This document shows, piece after piece, positions 1 through 15,100 of a DNA stretch of 64,000 bases. The notes under the pieces were generated by a model, which saw only the letters and a program-made list of their open reading frames with translations, did not search any database and was not told where the DNA came from. Position 1 is the first letter of the stretch, and each line of letters starts with the position of its first letter. The position numbers and the translations under genes were made by a program. The DNA comes from Botryllus schlosseri (taxonomy: Eukaryota), in contig CM119371.1 of assembly GCA_051294905.1 (NCBI GenBank), positions 30,878,001 through 30,942,000 on the forward strand. The letters are read 5' to 3'.

Positions 1-128
1 ATCGCAATATTCCATATTATTTTTTGTAGATAATATATTCTAAATTTGGTAAACCAGACAATGCATATTCCAATGTACATTGTATTCATAATCGGAAAAA
101 CAAAAATATCAGTTACATAAAACATCAC

Positions 129-3100
129 CTTCACTATATCCTTCTTGTCAGAAGCATAGAAGTGAAAATCAACGGCCTGGTGTGCTGTATTCTTTTCAAA
201 GACTGATGAACAAAACTCGGCAAAGCCTATAGAAAATACAGGAACTATTTGTTCAGTATGCTGTAATTACTGCTCACTTTCGACAAGCAGATATAGCAAG
301 TGATGACGAGTGATGGATGCAGTAGAAGTACCCGCAAATTTTCAGTAGATGCATGGCTGGATGACGAAGGTACAGAGCAGGGCTACTGAACAATTTGTAG
401 CAAAGGTTCAGTTACAAAAGCTTAGAGTTTGCATAGGACCATTATACCTCGAGATCATGAAATAATTAACAGTAACTACTGTAATTTTCCAAGTATAGTA
501 CGCCCCCTAGGCACCCTTAAAATGGCATGCAAATTCTGGGGAAAAGCCTCTACCCATGTATAGTACGCAACCTGAATTTGCAGTACACGAATAGCTGTGT
601 TTTAGTATACTATGCCGACATGCCGGTCTGTATTGCGATGTCACTGTTCAACAATCATGACATAACGATCGCTAACCATTATGCAATTAACGCCATTTTC
701 TCTAAACGATGGTAGATAGCAGCCAAAGCCTGCAAGGCTGGTAACGCGATAGTTCAGGCCAGCGACACGACATATTGAGCACGAGGCCTATCACAGATGC
801 GTTTGCTAATCATTATACAATTAACGGCATTGTCTCTAAACGAAAGTAGATAGCAGTAAAGCCTGCGAGACCGGCGACGCGATAATTGAGGCCAGCGACA
901 CGACATCTTGCGCACGAGGCCTCTTACAGATGTCATTGCCCAGGCCAGCGGTTATGTCTTGCGCACCAGGTCTTTTAGAGATGCGACTGATTACGCAAGC
1001 GATTATATCTTGAGCGCATGGCCTGTTGTATATGCGATTGTTCAGGCCTGTCTTCGACGCAATGAATTAGCGAGGATTGCCGCGCGTGCCTGCAGCAATG
1101 CTCGCTCGTGCTCAATGACCTAATTTCGCTCGCGTACAAACAGCAAACTAACTCAGCAGGAGACCGCGTGCTGTGCTGCTCGTTAATTGGTAACACACTT
1201 CTCGCTAATTGGCAGCGCGTAACACTGATAATAAGAATTATTGGGCACGATGGCTGAAAGTGATGCGCGATTGGAAACAAACATGAAGAAAGGTGTGATT
1301 TCAAGTTTTTTATCGGGAGAGATTTTTTCAAACGGCTTGTTGTACCGATGTATAATACGCACCCTCCTATTTTAGGACAAAAAATTGTGAAAATTATTCG
1401 CATTATACATGGAAAATTACGGTATATAGAAAATCCGCTAAGTGGTATTAGCAAAAATAATAAGCAAAATGTATTTATCGCTCTGTCAAATCACAGCTAG
1501 TGGTAAGATAGCATTTCTTATATTTTACTACGGTAGTTAAATTTTGGCTCTAAAGTTGGGAGAGCGAGTCAAAGGTAGTGGTGAGATTTGTTACTGGTTA
1601 TACCAATGCCCAATCTATTCTTTATAAACTTTGTGTGTGAAAATGCCGACTACCAGTAAGTAGAAGTATTAGTGAGAATTTGCACTCCAAATTTGTGAAG
1701 GGGTGGAAAATTATTCGGGAATCCTTCCATCAAGTTTCTCATCAATATCAAGAGATGGTGTAATAATTAGACGATACAATCACAATGAATTCACCTCTTG
1801 CTTTAGCTTTAAAAGTCTTTTTTCTCATTACACGATAACCGACCATGATGGTAATGTAATCCTGAATTAGCGTTTTGTTGTACACAACAACAGTCATTCT
1901 TTTGAGATTTTGAGGGGTCGGATTATTCTGTATGAATTCTTGTAACGCAGAGTGCAGCAGTGAGGCAGCATCTTTGGCCGGCTTGTTTATGTTTCCTGCA
2001 TAAAGAAATTGACTTGAATTGAGTCAAAAACACCTGATAGCAAGCAACTCGCAAGCAACTCTCAGGGGCGGTCGGAAATAATTCGGCCAAAATTGATAAG
2101 TTCTGTCTCCTTGCACCTGTTTTTTCATCTTTCAGTTGTTTTTCATATGCTTCCATTGCAAAAGTTATTGAAAATCAATAACTCACCTCCAAATACAAGA
2201 ATTTTCATTCAAAACCCTGGGTTAATCGAATGCATTTTAAGGTCTTCGGCACCTACGATTATCATAAGATGATGATGATGATGATGAAGAACGAATGTTG
2301 CTACTCAAAATATATTGTAATCGCTGACACGCACCACACCACCTACTTCAGCAAGACACACACTTTTCCCTACTGCCATTTTTTCACAGGATGATACAGG
2401 TGGTGAGGATAAAGCTATTCGACGCTAGCTATTTCGGCCCCTGGACATATCAAGAGTGGACATGTCAACTTATTTTGTTGTGGATACGAGACGTCCAGTG
2501 CCGTAATGGTGAGAGTTCCTCAATGCTGAACTAAAGTATGTCAAAGGCAACCGACGATATTATGAGAAACCCCGGAATGCCACGATCATGCGCTAAATGC
2601 ATATGATATAATTCATGCGCAAGTCACCAGGCCAGTTCAATCATCCAAACCCACCGACCAGTAGCCTACCTGGAAAAGTGGTATTGGTTGATATAATAAA
2701 ATAAAAATTAAAGAAATACTCAATCATTCAACCAGTGTTATGCAGTAACTGGTTGGGATTACGAGCCCATCAGTAAAATTGCATTGACGCATATTATAGT
2801 ATAGAATATGTCAAATCGAGTATGCCAACCAAACCATACCAATGACAGGAAATCTGGTGGTGGTGGATGAAAAAATGAAATAAAAAGTAAATCATTCAAT
2901 AACTACAATGTGGTGTCTGTGTTGGGATTACGGGCCCAACTGTGAAATAACTGTGAAATTGTTAGGTATATAAAATAGTTGAAAGGTCTAATCAAATATA
3001 CTAACCAGTACCAAGGGCTGGAAATGCAATGGATGATGCTTTCAGGGAATCAGCTTTCATCAGAACTTTTACAATTGTCTTTCTCAATTGCCTGTCTTCC

Positions 3101-6100
3101 GTCCAAGATACCAAATGAATGATGTGTTTGCACGGAAGCTTTCCACCAGACGTGACAGCCATGTCACCAGTGCTATTTTTCAATTCATTTTGGATTTCCG
3201 AGCCTCCTTGCCTCAAAATTGCAGCTGACAAGGGTCCTACAATTCGAAATAAATAGATAAGGCTTGTGTTTACCATTACTAATTCTGGCTCATTTGAAAA
3301 TGGTGTAGTGCTGGCCTTGATTTGCTATGGAAAGTGTGTGTGTGTATGTTTGCCAATTGGCTGTATAAAGAGAGTAATGAAATTATTCGTAAAGGGAAAA
3401 GGGTGTTGGGAGCTTCACCACTCATAAGTTGGTTGATCACCCTATGCGGGCCCAAGAGTGGAGTTTAGGGGGTGGGGGTTCAATGCAAATTTGAACTGGT
3501 TGAATAAGATTAAAGATATTAGGGTTGCATTGTCCAAAACGCAACTAAAAAAAACTTAACAGGACACAAAAAGCAAGTACACCAGTCACATTATTACCAA
3601 AATACACAATATGATTGCTTGTTCTGGATATCAATGAAAAGGCAGAACGGCTCATTAATAGTCAGATGACATTTTTTCCAAGTCACACTGTGATCAAGCA
3701 ATACCCTCATGGCAACTGATATTGCGATTGATATATTAAGCATTCATGTTCTAGGCACCTACAGGCCACTGTCAATAGCATGGTCAACAACGTAGTGATT
3801 AAACATTGAGCAAATACTTACCAGCACGCATCAAGTCAAAGGTCATGTGAGCACTGTTTACAATAACATCTTCGTTTCGCTGAAGAATATCTCCATCGGT
3901 AATACAGACGTTCAGTGAGCCATAATTCGCATAAGACGATGTTATCATATTTGTTTGATTGAATTCGGCCTGAAAAGCCTGATAGAACAAGCAGAAATAA
4001 ATAAAAAATACTTCAATTCTAGTGTATAGTGAGATAGTTGATTATGTCACTTTGTCATTCGGCCTATACCGCGTATGGGATGTCACAGCATATGAGCGAT
4101 TCCACATTATAGTTTGGTTGAAGTTTTCAAGCTGGATGACATTGCTGCCACAATCCTGCCAACGTGTGGGTAATAGAATGAACAGTGTTCACCAGTGTAG
4201 GGGTTTTATGGCGATAGCCACTGACGGAATCTTAAACTGGGCCTCCAGGTTGCAAGAACTGAGATATTGTTGCTATATTGTTAATAATGTCACTGTTGAT
4301 TATAATATATGGCAAAAATATTGACAAGTCTGTTAAAAGCTCAAATTAACTATCGAAGGTCATCTTGCTACTAATTCATCTTTGATTATAGTGGATTTTC
4401 ATTATAAACAAATTTTCAGTTATACATTCCGTAATATTTTGTACAGATAAACTGCTCCATAACATTGATGAGTTGGATCCCAGACATGGAACTAGCCTTG
4501 GGCCACATATATGTATGCCTAGTCTAAAAATATTCATTTTCACTAGACCCGCTGTCTTAAACTCAAATTTGCACACGGGTCAATTTCCTAGTTTAGGATC
4601 ACGTCGCGGGCTTCAGCATTAATAATGGGGGCATTTCAAGTAGGCCATATTTCACAGGACTTTGCAGGATGACACTTCAGACCGATCATGAAAATGGAAT
4701 TCGGTGAGTAGCAATTCACCCCTGTCGCGACAAAATCGCAATTTGAAATAAACTCGCTGCATGGCCATTAACTCAAGACTACTGAACTATATTTACTAGA
4801 TGGGTAAAATGTGATTCTCCCACTTTCATACTACTTACGTTAAGAGCCTTAGGATTGGACATATGGAGTACAATCTTTACATGGGTACTCTTCGGTCCAT
4901 AATTGTTTATGGCTTTTTTCATCCACATGGCAACTTCATTTGGTGGCATATTAAAACCCCCTGTTCCAATAGCAGGAAATACTATTGACCTGAGAGAAAA
5001 TGATACATTGTCACAATAATCAGAACAATGAGCCGAACGGCTTGCAGAATCATAATAGGTCTCATTCTTATGCAAGGATACTCCATCATGAATTACACCA
5101 TGTAACATAAATTAATTTGAACCGATTTTTTGATATTTCCTATGCTATATTCCGTAGTAAAACATGTTTCTTGCATTTATTTGCCTCAAGTGTCGTTAAT
5201 TAAGATATGAATAGACAAATTAAATGTGACTACTGATGACCGCGCCATAACAAAATAATGGTGTTACCGTTTTCGAGCGTATGACTGCAAATCGTTGATA
5301 TTTGGCATTCTTTGATAAATCAAGTATGATGATAATAGGCACCTGAAGTTTTGAAAATCTTTGCTAGAAAATTTAGTTGTCTCAAGAAAATTCAATTGCT
5401 TTTCTATCTGGGTTTGGATTCATTCGTTGTGTAAGCAAATGTTTTGGGATTTAAAATTTACTTTTGGTTTACATCAAACCGGTCTCACGGAATATCATTC
5501 TAAAAATGTGTTCCAGAGTGTACGAATGTAATCCTAATCAAGTAATGAATAAGAAAAGGAAAGGACAAGGAATTGAAAAAAACGATGCCTATTACTGCAT
5601 TTAAGGTTATCCCACAAAAATGATATAAACAACTCCCGTGCTGAAAAAATATGCGTCTTTCTGTTTATACAGACAACTTTACTGCTGAATTTTCACATCA
5701 GGTAATCTGTTGTGTAAAACCAAGATACTAAATGAAGAAAAGCTGTTGATAACTTGCCATTTGGCACACTGTATACGTCAGGTTGCCTAACCTTGGATCA
5801 GAAAAATGAAATCAGCAGTTAGGCGATGAAATATGCCTACATCAACAACTGAATTCTATAACAAATTTATTTTACCGATAGTTTGCTTGACTCGCATGCT
5901 GCAAAGACTTTTGCACAATCTTTTTTACGATTTCCTCCGAATTGCGATCGTACGTCGATACAATGCCATGAATTATATTTTTACAGTGGAGGGATCCTGC
6001 CCTGGTGACAAATATGTCTCCATCATTGTACTTTCCACTATTCTGGGCACATTCTTTCTGTAATGGAAAACAAAAAGTGCTAGTGTGCTGTATATATATT

Positions 6101-9100
6101 CTTGAATACATATGTTTTCAGAATATATTCATATGTAGATTTGGTTTCAAATTCTCGCATGATGAAGTCAAGGAGATACAAAAGCTTTCCATATATATAT
6201 ATATATATAATGATTAGTTCCCTTCAACTAGTCAGATGTTGTTTCAGGGATGAGGTCTTATAATATATATGTAGTAGAATCTTCATGGTGATATCATGTA
6301 CTCACAACAACATCTTGTCCAGCTGCGGCAGCGAGAACTTTGGCAATGACCGATCCCTTCGTCATGTCAGCAATTTGGTACTTTGCCATTATGTTCACCA
6401 CAGCATCAGCCTACACAGAAAATTACATGAATACACCAGCATCAATGGGTGCCTCCAGTATTGCAGCATGCAATGTGCGTGTCACGTTTGACTAGAAGTA
6501 TATATCTTCCCCTTTCTACGTGTACTCGAGTGGATTTCATTTCATACTAATTCACCTGTACAATTTTGTCACCAAGACGGTGTCGAATCACCAACCACAT
6601 CAACTCATTTCGATGTCATTTGAAGGATTACAGACGGACGTTTTCATACCTCTTGGCAAGTTGGATCAAAATCAGGGTGGGAAAGATGCCCAAAATACCT
6701 CGTACCATATCCCACATGCTAAAAATCATTTCAATGATGACCTGACATGGATTCGGTGTAAGAGGTCAGATGAATCTTAATTAAGATCCCACTACCACAC
6801 AGTGAATTTTTTAATTACATTAGGAATATGTCCAGAATGTGAGTGTGAATACGCCTTACTTAGGGTTACCCTATTTCCTCCCCTACCTTACCCCCTAAAT
6901 TCAGAAAACAAAAATGTTATATTTTACCCTCCTACTACCTAAAGATTCCACAAATTTGAATGAGGGGACTCTGGTTCCAGTAAGATAGCTGGTTTGTCGA
7001 AAGTACTAGATACGTTGAAATGTCTAACCGACAAGTTGGGTTTGATACCACCAGCCTAGATCATTTCCGATCAGTCTTACATTTTGCTTTGCAATATCTC
7101 CGATTTGCACCACTGTGGTTGGTCTCGTAGTTACGGTTGGTCGAATTTCAATCTGCCTGAGAACTTTCTGGAATTCATCGAGCACTTCTTGATTTTTGAA
7201 TTCAACAAAGTCCACCTGAGATGAAAGCAGTGCAAGGTTGATTGCCTGTGCAGGATTTAGACATGTCGCTACGTTTTATGTGATTTTCTAGCAACTTAAA
7301 CAAGAAAAATCATATTGAAGTAGCAGGACTTCATTTTACATACTGTCCCTATTAAGAGATGATCAGCGCTACAATTTCCATCTATAAATAGTGTTCCTTT
7401 ATATTAATTAGGCCTACTGCATCCCAAAGCAGTGTTGGGATGACTCGAGTCATGATTTGACTTGACTCGAGTCACTTTGCTAAAATGACTTGACTTGCCT
7501 TGACTCGGCGTGTCAGAAATGTGGATTGACTCGTGACTCGGAGCAAAATTCACGAGTCAATTTCAAATCATCAAGTAATAGTGTCGATAACAATCACTGT
7601 ATCTTGCATATGTTCAGACTGTTCGCGAAACGCTTACCTAATCCGTGAGAGCGACCAATCATTCAATGACCGTGCGTTTCACTGAGCCTCGATTGTTCTC
7701 TCACAAATAAATTGACCGCACACGAAGTGATCGAAGCTTACAGCTTACGTTGTCGTAACTCTAGCAGTAAAGTAATAGAATAGCAATATGTATATTTCTG
7801 TTCTCTGTTCTTAACTTAACCAAACCTCTTGTTTCATTGAAATTGAAGTCGAATATAGTTTATATTGTTCTCAACCATTGTCGCAGGCTCGAATGGTATC
7901 ATATCTATTTGTAAATATGTAATGTATTGCATCTAGTCAATTCGTTTCTCTATTCTCTACTTTGGCTGGTAACTATAAACTGAAGCTATGCATTCACGTA
8001 GCTTAACAGCTCAACGTATATGTGAGCGATACAGCGCCTTATTGCTTGTATATTTAAATATATATTCTTTCATCGTTTCGGAATCAATGACCACTGAAAC
8101 TGTATTTCAGATTGCTAGCAAATTGCAATGACGTAGTCATGCCTCATACACACTTTGAAAAAGCAACTCGACTTGAAATGTGACTTGACTCGTGACTTCA
8201 CTTGACTTGACTCGACTTGACTCGAGTCATCTCCGAAAATCGAGTGACTTGACTTGACTCGAGTCACCTTTGCAAATTGATTGACTTGACTTGACTCGAG
8301 TCAAAATGTGCATTGACTCGAAATGACTCGTGACTCGAAGGTAGTGACTTGATCCCAACACTGAAGTTGTTCAACCTTTAGGCTAGTTACATTTTAGCTT
8401 TTTCGACCCCAGAGTATGGTCAACTAACCTAATAATTTTAATTTTTAATCCGTCTGTGACCATAGAATCCCACAAAATTGCGGCTAGCTGAAATGGCCAG
8501 TTGCCAGTTGGTTCACTGGTAGATTTGCCGACCGACAAGATAGCGTAATGGTTAAGCGTCCGGCTCTCTGTAGCAGTAGTTTTGTGAGTCAGATGTCTCA
8601 CAGCCATAGTGAAACCAACCCATTTCAAGGTCAAGCCAACATACAAGCATATTGTACCAATTAAATACTAGTCAGCGTTCGAGAATACTGGACTCTGATC
8701 AGTTATATTAACTTTGCCTAAAGAAGCATGTCCGTTTTTTTTTCTTCGCTTGTGGGTGCTTTTATATAATATTCTGTTACTTTTCATTCAGTGTGCATGC
8801 CTTTCATTTACATGTTATGGTAAGATGAGGGATGATTGAGATCCGCCGAAGAGACAAATTCATTAATGTGAGGCTTCACTTCGCTGCCACCATCTTGCGA
8901 ACAATTGTATCGCTTTTCATCATTTTTAGATCTAACATTCTTGAAAATCGCTGGTTACCAGCTATGCTATAGAAAACAATATGACTATTTCGAAGTCTTC
9001 TATTTTGTTCAAGGTTCTGTACAACTGAAACGAAAATATCGAAAGATGCCCATCAGTTGTGGACTGAGTTTGAAGGTCAAGTGACCTGGCATGTCTAGCA

Positions 9101-12100
9101 TGCAACTGGCTAATTAGGCGAATCAAATCATCAAAACCCCAAAAGTGACCCACCCAGTTTAAGAACCACTGATTTGAACAGACGGTCCACTACACCAGTG
9201 TGTAAACTATATTTAAAGCGCGTCAGACAGCAATAGAACATATACTTTAATAAAATCAATTGAAATCTCATTTACGACAAGTGCACAACTTGAAATCGTC
9301 ACATGTTTGTAGGCTGTGCAATTTTTCTCTTGTGGTTGAACTCTGACTGCGGGCTGAAGATGTACATTGCTAACCTATACATCATCTTTGTACATAACAA
9401 ATACATAAATATGCTATACTTCATGTGTAATTTGTTTCGCAAAAGGTGTCAGTTATATTCCCTTAAATACCTTCATAATAACAATGGAGAAGTTTCGAAA
9501 ATCCACAACATACCCGCGTAATACACGATTTTGGGTGCCCTTCAAAATATTGAGACACTGCATTGACGATGTGTGGTGTAACAGCATTTGGATTGATCCG
9601 AGAACCACCCCAACCCATCGCCGGAATAGCAATCGAGGTAAGGTTTTCTTCTTCTGCTACTTCCAAGATATTCTTGATGAAGGATGCCACCAATCTCTTC
9701 TGTTCAATATCCGATGCCCCCTCCAGTCTAAATATATGAGTGAAATGGATAGTTGCATTGTTTAACATGAAATAAATGGTTTGCATTCCGCCTCATGCGA
9801 TCAGAAAGGAAGTACTTTACAGCTTTCAAAAGTATGTTCATATTGACGTTTATTTACTCGACAAACTTTTCACATGATTCTTATTAAGAGCCACAGGGAC
9901 AATAAAGAAAGGACATATAACAGAGTTGGTGGCAAATTGTGACTCAATATCGTCGAAATTATAAATAGCATGAATGGAAACTGAGCCATAGCAACAATGC
10001 AGCGTATAGCAACAGCCAGCGTTACAGAGTGTTGTTGTCGTGAGACATCGAAATACAAAAACAGTTTGCAAATGTAGGGATACAGAAGAAAAAGGAAAAG
10101 AAAACAGACGGACACCAGTTATACCACGACAGCTAATGAAAAATCTTGAGACTATACAAAAATTCTTTCAAGTCGTATTCAAGTAGGATGAGTACTTGGA
10201 AGCGAGCCCAACTACAACTTGGCCAACATCTGTTAAATCATTTCACTGCATGTATTTCAACCGAGAACAAAGGAGTCCTACCCATAGTACCCATACCTAA
10301 ATGGTAGTCATTATGTGAGAGGTTTCGTAAACAGATATATGGCTCTTGAGGAATAGTCACTGGCCATTTGGTATCATAGAGCTAGGGATGGTGTGAACGC
10401 CCGAAAGGTTCAGGTTCGTGTGAACGCGAGAATTTTTGAAAGGTTATACATGAACGCGAACGTGAACCTATGACGTCACGTGACCTCATACTGCTAATTC
10501 CAACCCTACATTTCATTGAAGTGATATATTAATTGACAATTGTACACGATAGCTAGCAACAACCCAGGCCATATTATTCCACAATGCCGACGTACATGCT
10601 GAATTTTAGAAAAGTCAATAAATGCATCAACTCGAGCAATCAAATGCTGTAGTAAAATTAATAAAATGAATATCTTCCGTCACTTTTCCAGCAATTTCGA
10701 ATAGGAATTGCAAGGGAAAAAAAGCTTCCACTGTAAGGGTCCAGACCAGTCCGGACAATATATTCGTCAGTTGACTATTGCTACCTTGATATTGAGTAGA
10801 GTATAAAACGGGTTTCCAGACTTGCTATCAATGCTACGCCATAAACAAGTTGGCTGGCACGCCAATCGAATGGATTTTGTTTTCATGATATAATAAACAT
10901 TTAAAATCAAGATTGATCCCGTACGCTTATTAAATTTTTACATCATGCAACGATGTATTCTTTATCTCAATATCATTGATTGGCTGAAAAAGCATCATTC
11001 ACGGACTACCTACATATAGTGTATATCGTTCTTGATGTTGTGTGATAGCCGGTCAAGCTCACAGCAGACAGTCACCAGATATTCACAAAAGTAAGCTGAA
11101 TATTTCGAGCAAACTTTTGTAACAAGCCAAGTAAAATTCTTGAGATTGTCAAGGCGCATGCTCGTTTAGTGTTGATTTTGTTTATGCTGTTAGCGCCATG
11201 CATAGGGGGGTTTGATGTGAAAATGCAAAAATATATGAAAAAGGTTCACAGCGCAGAACCTACCAAGTATTGTTTGTGAATGTGAACCTGTACATTTCGG
11301 AGGTTAACACACAGAACGCGAACGTGAACCTCATATGGTCACACCATCCCTACATAGATCCATTGAAGTAGCCACCAGGGTGAGCAAATCCAAGTATGGT
11401 TTCTCCAATTGTTCGCCTTGAGTGTAGTGACATCATCTGTGTTCACTGTGTCACACTCGATCAGATGCATCGTTAAAAAAGTTTCGCCGCACAAATTTTT
11501 ATCTTGGCTAGTCTACGATCACAGAGCTGATCACATAATTTTTGTTATAATAACTACAAGTTGTAATGGCTCTGCTTAGCGTACTGGTGGCGGTATACAG
11601 CCGTTTCAGAAATCTTACTCTGGTCCAACGACATTGACGATCTTTTGGCAATTTGGCAAATTCCCACCGTTCGTTATGACAGCCTCTATTGGCAGCAAAT
11701 TTCTCCGCTTGACAGATTTCATTTTTTTCTTTGTTTGATTTGCTTCACGTGTGTCTGTAATTGAGTTGATGATAAATCACAAATGCATGTAGGAATGTGC
11801 GCCTTAAGAAGGGGATATCTGACAATCACTCACAATCAAAATCGAGTCTTAATGATGCTTGCCACGGCATTTTAGATTTGAATTCAGTTTGCATGAATAT
11901 ATCAATGAACATTGAAAGTCAAAGAGGGCCCAAATGCGTAGTAGAGTCCGGCCCAATCCCATAATATTGAGTATGAAGTCGATTTTCTGCATTTCTGTCA
12001 TTGGATAGGACGGTAATGGGGAACCTATGGTTCTCAAACCAAATATGCCTGTTGTTGCTAGCGTTTCGCTGTGACGAGATTGTGACGAGATTTGAATTGG

Positions 12101-15100
12101 ATCGCCAGGTTCAGCTCAAGAGTCTCAATACAATAAAGTGTTGTGGTGTCTGGCTATTGTTTTAATACTAAACAGTGTCTCTTTCTTCAGTGTCTAGCAT
12201 ACATCAGTAGTAAGAGTGGAAAGTGTGCACTATGTCAGGAAGAGTTGGCTCATAGCATGGCTGATATAAGTCTTACTTGATAAAAATGGCATATTCACTA
12301 GAGCAGTGGTTCTCAACATTTTTTACCTCGTGGACCGGTAAAACTTCAAAACATATGTTATGGACCGGTGAACCTTTAAAAATCAAAATAAACCCTAAAT
12401 TTGAATATGACAAATTTATGCAACTCTAAATAATGTAATATTGGAAACTTCATTCCTAATAGATATTTATACGCAGTTCTATAGAAGTTTCTGCGGGGGA
12501 CAGCTCGCGAAATCCTGTTACAAACTTCTAAATTGATTGAGATTGTACGGTATCCGTTGTCAGAAATGCGTCTCTACGGTTTGTTATAGCCTATACTATA
12601 CACAGTTTGTTTACGAGTCTTCGCAGCTTTAACAGATAACTTGTTCGAAACGAGTTGTAGTCTACTTTCAAACAGTTTTGTAGAACACTTGAACCATTTG
12701 TGACCTACGCCCAAAGTCAGGGGTGTCAAACATACGGCCCGCTAGACCATTTCATCCGGCCCACAAAGAAATTCTGAGTAAATTAAAAAATGCTTCTATT
12801 ATTTAACACATATGCAACAAATGATTTTAGTAAGAAATAAGGTCAACAAATGAAGAACCTAGCTGTGAATAGGCCACATATACCCATATGACAGTATTGA
12901 TGCAGTTTCACTCTCTCAGGAAAAAGTATTTGACATGATGAAACCTGATAAAGGTGAATATGGCATTGTCCGAATTCAGTGATAAGCCTGTGGTATTTCA
13001 CTGAAATTTTGCGACACGCGAACTGTTCCAATTGTCAAGATTGCATGATCTACCAGTCCAGCTTGAATACCCGATTTTGATGGAGAGACATAAATCAATC
13101 ATCTCAGAATACTGCACATAGATATAGTGATTAGATTCCAGGATATATTACAATTAGAAATTCCTTACTGGATAATAAATCCATTCTGCAAAGTTTCCGA
13201 GCATGAAATGATCGAAGAGCTGATTATGTAGCGTAGAGCAATTTTGAGTTCAACCCAAAATTTAACATCTCCAATCAATCGTTCTGGATACACAATTGAA
13301 TCAAATAGAATTACCCTCACTGGAGTCGGGTTAACATTTCCGTCGTTGCCCTTCCCCGCTCATATTCGATAGAACATGTTTTCAGTGCCGTGATCAAGTT
13401 TCTGGCTCACAGCAGAAACCGACTTGACAGCAAGGGACGCAGAGACTGGATATTTTAGAATGAAATTGTTCTTATCAAAACTAAAACCAATGTGACGAGG
13501 ATGGTGATAATAAAACACCAGCTTCATCCTTCTCATTATTATTAGCTTTAATGAATGCAGAATAACTTTCGTCTTATGAGTTAGGCGTGGCGAGAGGGTC
13601 TGGGGCACCTTGTTCGTTCTCCAGGGGGGCGGTAATCTGAAAAAATTTGGAAAACACTGGTATGGAGTGAGAAATAGGTTGACAAACAGTGCTTTTCAAG
13701 ATGTAAACTTGGATTGAAATTTCCATGGATTTAAGACCTGTAATGCTAAGATGCTGATAAGATTAAATGATTGGGAATAAAGTCGTTTTTATACGATTGA
13801 AATGGATTTAGGCGAAATATAGTAAAATTACCAAATACATGCCCAATTTGTTTTCACCTTCCTTATTATGACTTTGAGACGTCACTTGTTCGAGCTTCAA
13901 CACAATCATCAAACTTCCGACTGCCTTTGTCATTCGGTCGCTCACGCCTTTCAGATCACGCAGTTTGCGAACCCCTTCAAGCAGACCTGGTTCCTGGAAT
14001 TAATTTGTTTTTTGACATAATCAGAAACTGGTCGGCATTTCGTGCAGATTCCGGGTATATTTATACTCTACGACAGGGGTCGGCAACCTTTTGCTAGTCG
14101 CGGGCCAAATTCCGAGTGCACAACTTTTTGGCGGGCCGGAATTTTTCTTGATACTATATTTAACGCTCACGTCGGTTTATTACCCTCCATTGCTGCAATC
14201 TCAATCATACAAATCACAAAAAGGGCAAAACACATGTATTTACACTTCAACAACGCAGCATAAATGTGACACTTGGCGCAGCATGCTTTGTGAAAGAATT
14301 TCAACTTCTAATAATAAGTCAGATGAAGCAACAATCAAACCACATTCTAAATGGGCATTAGATTTAGAATACACGTGATCTTAGCTTGCTCTTTGTGAAT
14401 TCCATTGTTTTAAACTATTTTTCACATGCGTATAGGTGCTATCAAAAGTCGATGCCATTTCTTTTGTATTGTTGGTCAAGCTGGGATAAAGACCCCTTTC
14501 AAGAACGTACTCTTTGTCAAAGTCATACAGCGATATGCTCTTCGTATGAAATTTGTCTTTCAATTCAACTGCATCACATTTCAAAAGGGCCCATTTGAAA
14601 TTTTCAGGCAACGGTATTGACGCTCACATTAAACCGAGTACTGAGTAGTCAGAATTTATTTTTTACAGAACGAATGTCGAAAAAGCGGGTGGAAATTCAG
14701 TAATTAAATTTCGTATCACAGTTACAAAGGTATTGTGCTGGTACTAGAGGTTTACTCTCCACCAGTATAGGAAAGTGAGCATAATTTTCTTTTTACTGTT
14801 GACATTCCCAGAGTCGTAGTTTTGTTTCGAATGCACCTCAACATCTCATGTATTCAGTTATTTCCTCCTGAAGTTGCAAATTCAATTTGTTAGATGTGAC
14901 GTTAAATGTACTACAGAAGCAAGATTAGATACTCATTTTCGATGACAAGATTATGAGTCGGCGATGTTTGTATTTTCAAGGAAAGTTGCTATTTCGTTTC
15001 TCAGTTCATACACTCGTGCAAGGATAGCGGCTCGACTTAATGTGCGAACATGGCAGATATACAGGACATCGCCATATTGATTCTCCGCTTCTAGTAATAT

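Noticed and set aside
12304..13659. Single hAT element
   Set aside because: Several Charlie-like termini are present but no matching TSD; treated as an unresolved mosaic of fragments.
13600..13737. Terminal or TIR exon of an independent ARM gene (ttacag|GT CTT AAA...)
   Set aside because: Phase-compatible, but the peptide has no TIR features and runs into a hAT terminus. A minor terminal isoform cannot be excluded.
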